A stretch of DNA of 64,000 nucleotides from Octopus sinensis. Lineage: Eukaryota. Numbering within the stretch: position 1 is the stretch's first letter; every line of letters starts with the position of its first letter. Location of the stretch: the NCBI RefSeq assembly GCF_006345805.1, contig NC_043008.1, positions 48,670,001 through 48,734,000 of the forward strand, in the 5' to 3' direction. Of this stretch, positions 11,801 to 25,300 are shown piece after piece. The notes beneath the pieces are model-generated. The model had not been told where the DNA came from. It ran no database searches and saw nothing but the letters and a program-made list of their open reading frames with translations. Made by a program: the position numbers and the translations under genes.

Positions 11801-14800
11801 TTGTCTTTCTCTTCTTATCCCCTCACATCAATTTCCAACTCTTTTGCTCATCTCTTCCTTCCTATTCTGATCAGTTGTCCCTTCTCTACCCTTGCTTGTC
11901 TGTACCAGGTGCAGCAGTCTCCCCCCCCCCTGCACAGTACACCTGATTCCTAACTTTTCTTTCAGCTCATATTTCACACCTAACAGACCAGGGTCACCTC
12001 ATTTCTTTCCACCTTATTCACGTCTCCCACATTCAACAGCCACACAAGCTATCGTACAATCTACTTTTCACTTTGTTGCCAACTCCTTAGCATATGCAAA
12101 TGAGAAAGAGAAACCATCTTACCTTCGGATAATAACGAGGGTCACACACTTCACACAGGTAATTAGCTACGTTGCCTTTGACACCCATGCAATCACAGTG
12201 CTGCCATATCTGCAGATAAAAGTAAACAAGACAAACATCAGGAGGGAATATATCTCATGAAACACAACTTGGCAAAAAATCTGGAGATGTTTGAGAGGAG
12301 GGCCAGTGATTCTCTGGTTGCTGTTGCCCATAATCTAAACGTGGCCCGGCTGGTCGTTTTTGTCATTATGTGACACCACCAGTGTCAGTCACGAGGCTGT
12401 CCACAACACTCGCCTGCTGCTTCATCTGTTGACCTAACAACATCCACAGCTACATCTTCATTCAAATTAATCATCATCACCGCCGCCACCACCACCACCA
12501 CTACTACTACTACTCACACTACTGCTATTGCCAAACTATTATTTGTCTATTTTCATAAACTGCAACAAACATCTTCATTAACAGTTTAAAGTTTTATGTC
12601 AATTTGAACTCTCTACCCCAGCTTGGCCAATACCTACAATATTACAGTCAAACCACTACACTTTGTCTTCAAAGTAAATTTTTACACAAATACTCAGTTT
12701 TCCTCTCACCTTACACACACACACACACACACATATTTCCATTTTTTTTTCACAGCTGTGAAAAATAAGAAACCAGGGTAGAGGTGGAATCGGCCTCAAC
12801 TTCAAATGAATATATGCAATCATCATGGCAGCAGCACCATATTCTTTGATTCGTTTCAGTCATTTGACTGTGGCCATGCCGGAGCACTGCCTTTAATCGA
12901 ACACACTGACCCCAGGACTTATTCTTTATAAACCTAGTATTTATTCTATTGGTCTATTTTGCTGAACCACTAAGTTATGGGGACATAAACACACCAGCAT
13001 TGGTTGTCAAATGATGATGGGGGGGGGGACAAACACAGACACACACATATATAAACGACAGGCTTCTTTCACAAAGCTTTGGTTAGCCTGAGGCTATAGC
13101 AGAAGACACTTGCCCAAAGTGCCACACAATGGGACTGAACCCGGAACCATGTGGTTGGTAAGCAAGCTACTTACCACACAGTCAATATATATTATATATA
13201 TATGTTTGTTAGTTTTTATAGAAAAGATTTTTATGGTTTGGAGTGGTCTTTTTGCATGTGTGAGTTTGTGTAAGGGAGGGAGAGAGAGAGAGAGTGTGTG
13301 TGTATGTGAGAGAGAGAACATTTCTCTCATACAACAGGTCAGCCCGAAGACACCAGAGCCTTCATTTCTCCTATTTGCATACAAAATTGATACAAACTCA
13401 CTAACTTCACTGTATAATTTTTGCTGATGTAGACTACCACAAGTTTTTATGAGTCCTTGCTTTTTGTTTATATATACATAAGCACATATATTATACATAC
13501 ACATATATATATATATACATCGTATGCTGGACCGTCGACTTTAGTTGAACAAATTGGCCCCAGGGCTTATTCTTTGTAAGTATGTATATATTCTTTTACT
13601 TGTTTCAGACAACTGACTGCTGCCATGCTGGGGCACCACCTTAATCTATCTATCTATATATATGTTACATATATATATACATACATTTCAATATACACAC
13701 TGGTATGTGTGTGATACACAGATACACACCTACATCTAAATTCAGGATTAAATATCAACAAAGCTGTCCAGTAATATTTTATGAAAAAAACCACTTTAAA
13801 AATGAGAATCCCAATTAATGTAGAGTGTGAGAATTTGATGCCATACAAACAAAACAAACAAAAAAAGGAGTTTGAAAGATAATCGTAAACAGCAGGAGAT
13901 GGAAGTGAGATGATACTTACAAAACATTTCTCACACTGAATCATAAGGCCTTCATCTCTATAAATGTTACATATACAGCGAATGATTTCTTCTTCAGGTT
14001 CTTCTTCTTTGTCTGAAGATGAAAAAAATTACAAAAATATATAAAAAAATACCAATAGAAACATTTCAATCTCATAGAAAGCAGCTAAGAATGTTTATCT
14101 GTAAAATGTCTATCTCACTTGCATATAATGATAGCTCTGCTTTTTGTCAATAGTGAGAGTTGATAAGAGGTATCCATTAATGGGCTGTTATTAGAGACTT
14201 AAGGTGGCAAAATGGAAGGATGGTTAGCACACCAGGCAAAATGCTTAGTAGCATTTTGTCCATCGTTACATTCTGAGTTCAAATCTCACCTGGTTGATTT
14301 TGCCTTTCATCCTTTTGGGATCAATGAAATAAATACCTGTTGAGCCCTGGGGTGGATATAATTGACTTAACCCACCTTTCCCCCCAAAATTGCTGACTTT
14401 GTGAGGAAATTTGAAACCTTTATTGGAGGTGATCCATCTTCAGTTTTTCAAGACCCAAACCACTGACTAAATACAGACTACTGCTGCCATCTAGCAGTAA
14501 CTTTCTCAGTTATGGCAAGACAGATGGTGTGTGCGCCTTTGTATCCTGTTGCTGGAACTGAGTCCCTTATAAACTGTGAACCCCTCTTTAAAAATCCAAT
14601 CTCTACATAGACACTCTCAATTCTCACATGGAGAGGCAAATCCCAAATACTCATCAGTCAAAGCTTAAACCAAGTCATTGCATTTGTCCTTCGCCTCTTT
14701 CAGTCACTTTGGTATTTATTTTCTGAACTTAAAAGCGCCAGAGTTGCAGTGAGAGGAGAGCAATCATCCCCTTCCTTTCCTTGTTTTCACTTAACAATAA

Positions 14801-17800
14801 CAACAGCAATTCTATACCCAACAGAAATATGGTTACCGTGTCTTGTTATAAAAGCATCTGAACTAGTCATGGAGATTATTTATTCCAGAAATGGTCAAGC
14901 CAGAACTTGGGATATTATGTCAAATTTTTTTTATGTCTCAGTCGAAGAAGGACAATAGGGGACAGCAGTATATGAAGATCCTGAGTTCCCTTGAGGCAAG
15001 AGACCTGGTCTGAATGGTAATGTCCCAGGGGATTTTATCAAGGAGTCCCAACAGTCATGTGGTAGAGTTTAAAGTCTAATCACAAAATTAAATGACACAG
15101 GTTTGAAAGAGAAAACACAGCAATTTGCTGCTATATCACAAAATTGTCCAATTGAGTCCATGTTAACGAGAGGGTAGGATGGAGATAAGAATGAAGATGA
15201 AGACCTGTCCATTGGTTATTGATTGACACTATATCTCTAATGGAAAGCTGGTGCAGAGAAAAATGATGAACCTATGTAATACAGAGAAGATGATGATGAT
15301 GATGAGGGCTAAACATGACGAAGGCAATTAAGAGCTGGTTTGAATTTGAAAACTTTACCTCTTCTATTTTTCGTTTCAACCAATTCAGTAGATTCCACAG
15401 AACCTCGAGATTTCGACACTCCATCTTCTCCTGTTATCTCCTGCAACTTCTTCATCAGACTATTTTTCACAGAATTATAGATTTTCCGCAAACAAACCAC
15501 TTGCCGTCCTTTCTCAGACTTTCGTTTGAAGTATTTCTACAAGGAGACAGAAACAAGGGCAACAGATTGTCATTAGTTAATAAATAGGTAAAAACGTGCA
15601 TCGATGAAAGCGTATTCTTTTATCGGGGTCAACAAACAGGGCTATATAAGGGAGATAATCAACTGAAGGGCTACTGTCCTACTTTCAGATTCGTTTAAGG
15701 CAAAACAACCCCTCTAGTGCTGGTGCCATGATAAAATTCATCCAGTCCACTCTGTGAAGTGGTTGCTGTCACGAATGACATCCAGCCAGAGAAACTTTGC
15801 CAAAACTGTACAATCTATTCATGAATGAAAACTAACTTGAACAATGATGAGCCATCCAATCCATGCTGGCATGATGTTGGCTTTGTATCATCGGCATCAC
15901 TGTGTTATGCTCATTTTTCCATATTGGTATAGGTCAGACAATGAAGTCCAACAGCCTCAGACGAGACTTCATCAGATTTCTCACAGCTTCCTCTTCTGCA
16001 AACCCATTCAACTAGACTGCTAATTCTTCAAATACAAGTGACCCCTTTCTGAAAACATCACTAAGATTGCTAATATTCACAAGACAAGGCTTGAACACCA
16101 GAATCTCATTTCAAATTTCAAATTTCTTGCAAGAAAGAAATGTTTCCTTCATTATATATTTTAATAAATTAAGACAGTGAGCTGGCAGAACCATTAGCAA
16201 ATGGGGCAAAATGTTTAGCGGCATTTCAGCCATCTTTGCATTTTGAGTTCAAATTCCACTGAGGTCAGCTTTGCCTTTTGTCTTTTCGTTCCAATGGAAT
16301 AAGTACCAGTTGTGCACTGGGGTTGATGTAACCAACTTAAACCCACCCTCCAAATTGCTGGCCTTGTGCCAAAATTTAAAATCAATATTTTGGTAGATTT
16401 ATTTCATTAAATGAAATGAAAATAATTCTATTTGATCAACTGAACTTCAAACCCCAGTATATCACAGGTATTCATCTTCAGAAGAACAAAACATGATGTT
16501 GGTTTTGTGATGTGGAATTTGAATCAAGATATAGCAGCAATGAAGCAGAAACTACAGAGTAATCAATTTTAATCATTACTAATCAATTTATAGCTGCAGG
16601 AGTGGCTCTGTGGTAAGAAGCTTGCTTCCTAATCACATGGATTTGGTAGATGGAAACTGAAAGAAGCCTGTCATATATATATATGTATATATATGTATAT
16701 GTGAATCGGTGATTTTCTTCCCTCTGCCTTCCCTTCTTTTGGACTTTGCTCTGTTTCCGAAGAAGAGTGCCTGAATGAAATGTTAAACCATCTTTCTTTC
16801 CTTCCCTGAGTGTCTGCTAATACATTACATGTACCACATCCTCACGTTTGTTTTTTTGCGTTTGTTCTTCCTTTTTGGGATTTACCATATATATATAAAT
16901 AAATATATGTGTGTGTGTGTGTGTATGTTTGTGTCTATGTTTGCCCATAACCCCCGCCCACCATCGCTTCACAACTGATGTTGGTGTGTTTACATCCCTG
17001 TAACTTAGTGGTTTGGCAAAACAGACCAATAGAATAAGTACTAGGCTTACAAAGAATAAGTCCTGGGGTAGTTTTGTTTGACTAAAGGTGGTGCTCCAGC
17101 ATGGCTACAGTCAAATGACTGGGAAAAATAAAAGGACCAGATGGCAATGAGTACTCACCTCTGAATTTCGGAAAAGCTTCAAGATGTCATTGTCAAAATA
17201 TTCAATGCTCTTATATTGACCGGTGTTGATGTTGAATTCTATTGAATTAATGTCAATTGGGTCGTCAATTAGTTCATAATAATCTGGATGTCGTTTCTTT
17301 GACGGTAAAATGAGTAACTGGTTGGCAAGGTAGGTGCCATCTTCAGCTGGGGAAATGAAAAGGTGACAAGATGCATGAAGAGGGCAATGGCAGGTGTGTG
17401 GAGGAGAAACGTAATGGGAAATGAATTCCAGCAGAAAGCAGGTAGAACATTTAATTAAATTACTTTAATGTTATTAGGTTGGGAAGTGAAGTGACCTGGT
17501 TTGCTGTGGGCACAAAAAATAACTGGGCAGGAAGTCCATACTAGGAAGGAGAGGAGGAGTTAACACACACACACACAAATGAATTGAGAAAAGGCTAAAA
17601 AGCATGTTCAATAGAAACAGGGCAATATTATAAAATCTCTATTTACATTTAGGACTATGTTTGAATGAAGTGCAATTTGATTTTGTGACAATATATCTGG
17701 AGGTGTAGGGAGGCGGGGAAACTATTGACACAACACCTTATAATGTTAAGATGTCAGACATGGATCAAAATATCAGGAGTTCAAACTTCTTACAAGCCAT

Positions 17801-20800
17801 CAGATTCTCTCTTTGAGCAAAGCACATATAATTCTGTACATGTCAGTCTGTATGGAGGACAACAGAATCCAGCCCTAATTCCTAATTTAGGGGTTAGCAG
17901 CAGAAATATATATTTGTTCTAACAATTCATAAAATATTAAATTTCAATAAAAAATTACAGAAAAAAATTGATATTCAAAAACAAAACAAATAAATTGTAA
18001 TTAAAACTCTCAATCAGTATTTATAATATCAATTGCTGATCAATATCATCAGCATCATCATCACCATCGTTTAACGTCTGTTTTCCATGCTGGCATGGGT
18101 TGAATGGTTTGATTGAGGTCTGGAGAGCCAGTTGGCTGCACCAGGCTCCAATCTGATCTGGCAAGGTTTCTACAGCTGGATGCCCTTCCTAATGCCAACC
18201 ACTCACTCCAAGAGTGTAGAAGGTGCTTTTTACATGCCACTGGCATGTGAGCCAGTCAGGGGGCACTGGGATTGGCCACGTTATATTTTTTAAAAATAAA
18301 ATTTTAAAAAAACTAAATATAGTGAAAAAACTTACTTTTGTATTTTCGTACTGAATTCATCATCACTTTGAACATTTGAGCTAATTTGGCAATTTTTGTC
18401 AGTTCACTGTTCTCATCAGCCATTGCCAAACGCCTGGGAATTAGAAATAGTGAAACGTTTGAGAGAAACTTAGCAGCAGACAAATCAAAAAGCAACAAAA
18501 TTACAACCAAAGAAATATACCAAATTATTTTTGGGAAAAATGAAAATTTTAAATAAGTCTGAATGAAGAAGAAACTTATCTCATTATGATCTATTTTAGC
18601 AAAAATAACAAAATGGTCAGGAAACATTAACGAGTGTTGTTGATGTTTTCTTTGAAGTCTAATCTCATAATGAGACAGAACTGAGGATGAAAGCAATCTT
18701 CCACACAGATCACAGAGACAAGTGTTACAAAGGAGTTTGCCTCAAACTCTTCAAATTTGAAGACGATGATTAAATGTAAGAATTATGTTTAGACTTTCAT
18801 CTTGTCATTACTGAAAGAATAATTAATGATGATACTGTATAGTGTCATTATGTCCGAGTCTCAATTTGGTTTGTATACGAAAAGGAAGAGAAACAAAATG
18901 AAATTTCTGTGACTATATTTACCTGGTCTTTACTGAACGTTCAGTCTTTAGAGCAGTAAATTTGGTAAGGAACATGTCTGCAAAGACAGAAGAGAACAAT
19001 TTCTAGAATGACAATGGGCTTATTTAATGATGCAGATTCATTCATAAACATGTGGCATTTAAATATGGAATAATTGTGGGAACCAGTAATTGTAGTAGTA
19101 GTGGTGGTGGTGGTGGTAATGCTTCCTAACCCAGTCAATTAGTAGATTAACAGGGGAAGGGTGATGTCTGTTGCATTCTGAAGACTGTATGAAACATTCT
19201 TTGATTACAAAGTGCTCCTACTGCTAACAGCAGTGAACTCTACCTTGCCAAGCATGATATCTATTTACAGCCAAGTAGACTGTGCCAGTAGTGAGAAGTG
19301 ACCCAGTGCCAATCAGTAAGTAACCCGCCCTCCATCAGTTCAATTAGATTTGTTTCTCAAACATACAAGTTGCCGGATCACAGTATCAATAAGTCTTGTT
19401 GGTGGTTTTCAACCATGGATCCCAGGGCCACATGTGGCTCTCAAATGTCCTTCCGTTGGTCTTTCCTCTATGAATATAATAAATTTTTCTTTAATTGGTT
19501 GGTGTTTTACTTTTTTGGGGGTGTGGCATCCTAAAACCATCCAAGCCTGGGATCTGATCCCCAAATCCCCTAAAAAGGTTGACAGAACCACTGAGTTTAG
19601 TTAATGGATGAGTGAATAATAACCACAGTGATGATGGCGAGGAAGAGAAGGAGGGTGATGTTTGCTCACCTCAAGTCCAACAGGGTCTGCCCAACAACAA
19701 CTACAGCAACTGTTGCCAATACTAGCACCACCGTCAATAACGAGAGGCCCACAAGGGCGTTTCTATATAAGTCATTGACCTATCCAACTGAAATCTAACT
19801 CTTTTAATGAGAAGCACACATTTTTCAGTCTTAAATCCCACAAGAACATTCTCCATAGAATTAAGATGAACAAACTTCTAACACTGATTTATTCACTGAA
19901 ACTCAACCTAACTGACAAGCCAAGCAGTTCACAACGGTAAGTTTGTGAGTTCAATCCAACATGTGCAACATGTTCTAACCCAGACAGCTTTCTTTCCCTT
20001 TTCTCTCTTCATTCCTTTCAGGAGAAGAGCAAAAGCTTGAAAAGTCTAAGACTCTTCCATTTTGCCCCACGTGTCAAACTAACAGACCTTGGTTGTTGGT
20101 CCCATCCCCACCCCACCCTCTATCCCTGTCTTTAGTATTTTGCACAGTTTTGAACCCCATATAATAAAGGCTCGTGTGGTCACCCCAATTTGATCCCGTT
20201 TAACTGAACTTCCTCCTCTCTTCAACCTTCATCTCCTCTACTTCACCACCACTCCACCCAGATTACCATCGGAATTTTATACCTCTCAGACTCTTCCTTC
20301 ATGGATCTTACTGAACACTGTTGTTGATTTGTGGTGTTTGAATGTAAGAGCTACCTTTTGCAATTTCAATGTTTTCTTACACCAGCCACAACGCCAGTGG
20401 CCTTGGAGGACCACAGAGTCTATGGAGAGAACTTCTTCTTTGTCCAGTTGTAACCAAAGGCAAGGGAAAAAAACAAAAAGCACTTCATCAAAGACAACAG
20501 ATCCTCCCCAGTAACAACAATGGAAAGGTGTATGTGTTTGTGTGTGCGAGGAGCAGTAAGCCGTTACCCACCTGTCTTTGATAAGTTGGTATCTCTTAAA
20601 TAATCACAGTCCTTCTCCTTCTCGCTTTCAGATCTGTGTCCCTTTTGCCGGATCTGTCGGATTTTATCAATGTTGCGTACAAGGAAGATACGATGCTTTC
20701 GAGCAAAACCACGTTCTCTATTTGACATAGGTTTAATCACAGATTGGTTAGGCACCTTGGAAGAGGCTGAGCTTGAGGAATCTTGCGCACTTTTAGCCTT

Positions 20801-20886
20801 GACAAACAAAACACAACAGAGATTTGATTTTAAGTTGACTCCCAAAACAACAACACCATTCTTACATATAAGGATCATAACAGAAA

Positions 20887-20949
<63 letters not shown>

Positions 20950-20955
20950 GTGTAT

Positions 20956-20988
<33 letters not shown>

Positions 20989-20993
20989 CACAC

Positions 20994-21077
<84 letters not shown>

Positions 21078-22340
21078 CAAACTCTAAACATATTTGGAAT
21101 AAATTGGAAATTGTAAGTAAAATCTCATGAATTCCGGTTTTATTATATTTCAATAAAAATGTTGTTTTTCCCTATTTATTTTCCTTTCAAACTGCACAAT
21201 TTATAAGTTTTAATCTTTCTTTAAAGCTGGCAAAGGACACTGGACACACACACACACAATGGAAATGCAGTTGTAATAGAGAAGTGAAGTAAGAAAACCA
21301 TGAGTCGTGACACTTTACTCACTTTATCCCTTACTTTTTTCAATCGAGACTTCGATTTACGTTTATCTTTTGGAGGACGGCCAACGGGTCTTGGTATGTT
21401 GTTTTTGTCTTTATTCATGCCGTTTAATCGCTGGGTTCTGCCGCCTATTACACCACGGCACTTGTCAGTTCCACAGCGACAAATTTGCTGAGGAATTAAG
21501 AAAAAGCAAATTATAAATAAAAAAACACCATTTTAAAGATTGCAGCCGAATTAATTTTGCATCATTTTCACTACCATTAGCAATACAAATAAGAATGTTC
21601 AAAGACTGTAATCAATGAGTTAACGAGAGATAGGAAGGTGATATATCTTACCTGAGAATCAGCATTGTAGGCATGAAAATTGTAATCATAGGTAATTTCA
21701 GTATATGGTTGGATATCTTTTAAGGCAAACAGTCCCATTCGATAATAACCACTGACATTCCTGTCAAATATAGAAGGAAAGAAATAGATAACAAATGAAA
21801 ATCAAACAATAAACACAGCAACAAACATTTAATATATATCATCATCAACATTTAGAGTCTGTTGTCCATGTTGGCATGGGTTGGAGACTACATTTATTTT
21901 ATTTGCGGGTGAACAAGGCTACCAATGGTCTCATGTCAAGAGATCTTCACAATTGTTCAAGCATGCCACATAAAAGTAGTTGAGACATGCTTTAACATTT
22001 GCGAAGATCTCTTCCCATGAGATCATTAGTAGCCTTGTTCACCTGCAAATAAACAATATTCATCCACCACTGCAGTGCTGAGCACTCATTCTCACTGTTC
22101 AATATTAGCATGTATATGTGTATGTGTGTGTGCGTGTCTCTATGCATGTATGTGCATGTGTATATATATTTCTCTTGTTTCTCTCCTTGTTTTTTTTTCT
22201 GTGTCTCTTTCTGTAGAAGAGCATAGGCTTGAAACGTAAAAAACTTTTTCTATTCCTGAGCATTATACTAATACATCTGTTTGTTTTGTACACCACCTGT
22301 CTTCGTCTTTTGTTTTTTTCGTAAACTCTCCCTATATATA

Positions 22341-22376
<36 letters not shown>

Positions 22377-25300
22377 ATCATCATCGTTTAACGTCCGTTT
22401 TCCGCGCTAGCACGAGTTGGACGGTTCGACCGGGGTCTGGGAAGCCAGGGGCTGCACCAGGCTCCAGTCTGATCTGGCAGAGTTTCTACAGCTGGATGCC
22501 CTTCCTAATGCCAACCACTCCGTGAGTGTAGTGGGTGCTTTTTACATGCCAAAATACCAATCCCAGACAGAGGATTGGTGGAAGTGTTTGAAGCAGGAGT
22601 AAAAGATATAACATCTAAATGATGACAGACATATTCAATTATGTAATTACAGGTATGGTTGCCTGGTTAAAATGTCTGCTTCGTGGTTTCAAGTTCAGTC
22701 CTGCAATGTGGCATCGAGTGTGTGTGTGTGTGTGTTTGGATGTTTGCATCCCAGTAGGTTAGCAGTTTGACAAAAGAGAAACTGATAGAATAAATAGGAG
22801 ACTTGACCCCTGTTTGATGATGAAGATGGCTGAATCAGACCCATGGTCAAACATCATGAAAATCTTACCATTTCTGCATCTCACAGTTTGGATCACACGA
22901 ATGATTGACGAATCGTCCAATGTTCCCCATTCGATAACCATCAATCATAGCGCCACCATCCAGATTGAGGCAGTAATGATGTCGTTCTTGAGAATAATTC
23001 TCTGTCATTCTACGTCGGAATTCATTCTCGCTGACCACTTCTCCGAGATATTCAAGGATAAATTGACCTGAAAACATAAATAAATATAAAAGACAACTTC
23101 AATATTTATGTTGGACATGTGAAACATTTAAGGGACTCTAGGTTCCCAGATCATCAAGAAGGACCCCAACTGACTTGAACTAGGATCATTTGTCTAACCC
23201 AAACCACTAGACAAGGTGAATTTATTAGCATTGTGGGTGTTACTACTACCCCCCGCCTTAGTGAAGGCAGAGGTATTGTTTTCAGTTGTGTTTGTTTGTT
23301 TGTCCATGGACAAGATATCTCAAGAACCACTGGGTGGATTCGGATGAAACTTTCAGGGACGTTTGGCCTTGTGACTGGCACAAATTGATTACATTTTTGG
23401 GATCAATCTGGTATTAGACAAGGATTCTGGATTATTTTTCCGGGTTTTTTTTTACTTAATTTTTGAGAGTGGTCAGGTTCATTTTTAGCATTCTTGTTTG
23501 TGAGAGCAGTTGCATTTATTTCATCCTTTCTGCATCCATAAAATAAATACCAGTTGAGCACTGATCCCTTGCCCCAAAATTGCTGGCCTTGTGCCAAAAT
23601 ATGAAGGCATTATTATTATCATCATTATTCTTATTATTATTCGGCTGAAGCGGAAGAAGAGGAGGAGTATAATTTTCCTGGAAAAAGAGACTGGCTCGTC
23701 TTGACTTTAACATTTTTGATTAGAGGCCTGTCGGACGAGGACTGGCCAGAAGTTAAACAACAACAACAAATATTACAGTTACACCCAAATTACCAAATCA
23801 AACCTTTATTTATCCCTTTATTGTTGGTCTGGTGTGTGAGTAGGGTGCAATGAAATAGATAAACAATATATCACATTAACACCAATCGGAGATTGAACCC
23901 AAATGGACACATTAACATGACCAGAACCATATGTAAACCTTTTACTGGCCAACAGAGGGGGAGAGAGAGATAGAGAGAAAGAGAGAGAGAGGGAGTAAGG
24001 AAGAGGGTCATTGAAAATATGCTTCTGAAATAGTTCCAACAACACTTACCAGAGACGAGATGATGAGATGATCTGACACCATAACCTCGATCAGGCGTTA
24101 AAAACATTTCTAGGCATGGCGCCCAAAGATGTTTTTGGAAACGGTTATTCATACAGTTGTCTCCACATGGACACAGACCAGGAGAACATTCTGTGTAGAT
24201 CATTCTAAAATTTAAGAATTTAAGAATTTAGTCAGGAATAGTAGACAAAACTTAAGAAACAACTTCAATGTGGAGCAAAATATTCTATCATCCATGCCGT
24301 AATTTCAAGACTTATATTTAAAAGTTTATACTGCACGCTAAATGTAAAGGGCTGTCGATGTAATTCAGTGCCTAAATACCACAAGGTATTTTTGTCTGCT
24401 GTACACATGATAAACTCCCACAAAGATCTGATCCACCATATTCCAATAATAATGTGTCAGTGAAGTACGTATGAAGGTTGAAAATCAAACCAAATCAAGG
24501 TAAATGTGTGATGTGACCTGATGTTCAGTTTGAACCGGATTTGTGGAACCGTGAAATGGGGTAACTTTGAACAAAATATAATATTTTGCTTCCTCTTTCC
24601 ATCACAGCATAAGGTTGCACAGTAACGCAATTTAAAAACAATTTTTCCTTCAGCTGAATGGACTAATTCATTTTTAAAGTGAAACAAATCCCAATTAGTA
24701 TCATGTCTGTACCAAAAGATCAAAAGATCCAAAGCATTGTAAGTGTTACAGAAATATCTTCATATTTCCAGCACTTAAAAGCGACTCTTACAGTTGATGG
24801 AAAACTTCTCCCTCCAAATAACATATTCAACTTTTGAATATAAGTAGGAAAAAACCTTACTGTTCAAAGAAGCAGCCCCTAAATCAGGAGTGACTCTGAG
24901 CAGCAACAGTTATATAAAAAAGTAATCAAATATTGATTGCAAAAAAAAAAAAACTACCCAGAAAATTTCAATGAGGAAGGGAGATTACTCTGAGTGCAGC
25001 AATGGAAGGGTCACGACAATCAGGTTGAGTGAAGTGATGAGGGAGGTTTTTGTAGTAGGAGTCAAATGTGTAAGGAGAGTGAGACGGGGAGGGAGAAGGA
25101 GAGTAAGTAGGGATGAATTCTATTGTGTATATTGCAGTGTGGAGGAGGAGGAGGAAGAAAACAGGCAAATCCATGGGTGGATACAATGAGGATGGATGTA
25201 ACACCCCTATTACTCCACTACATCATCTCTTGTTTAGCCCATGGCTATTTGGTTCACTGACTCTATCCGTCACAATGCAATTGGAGGGCTTCCTTGCTAG

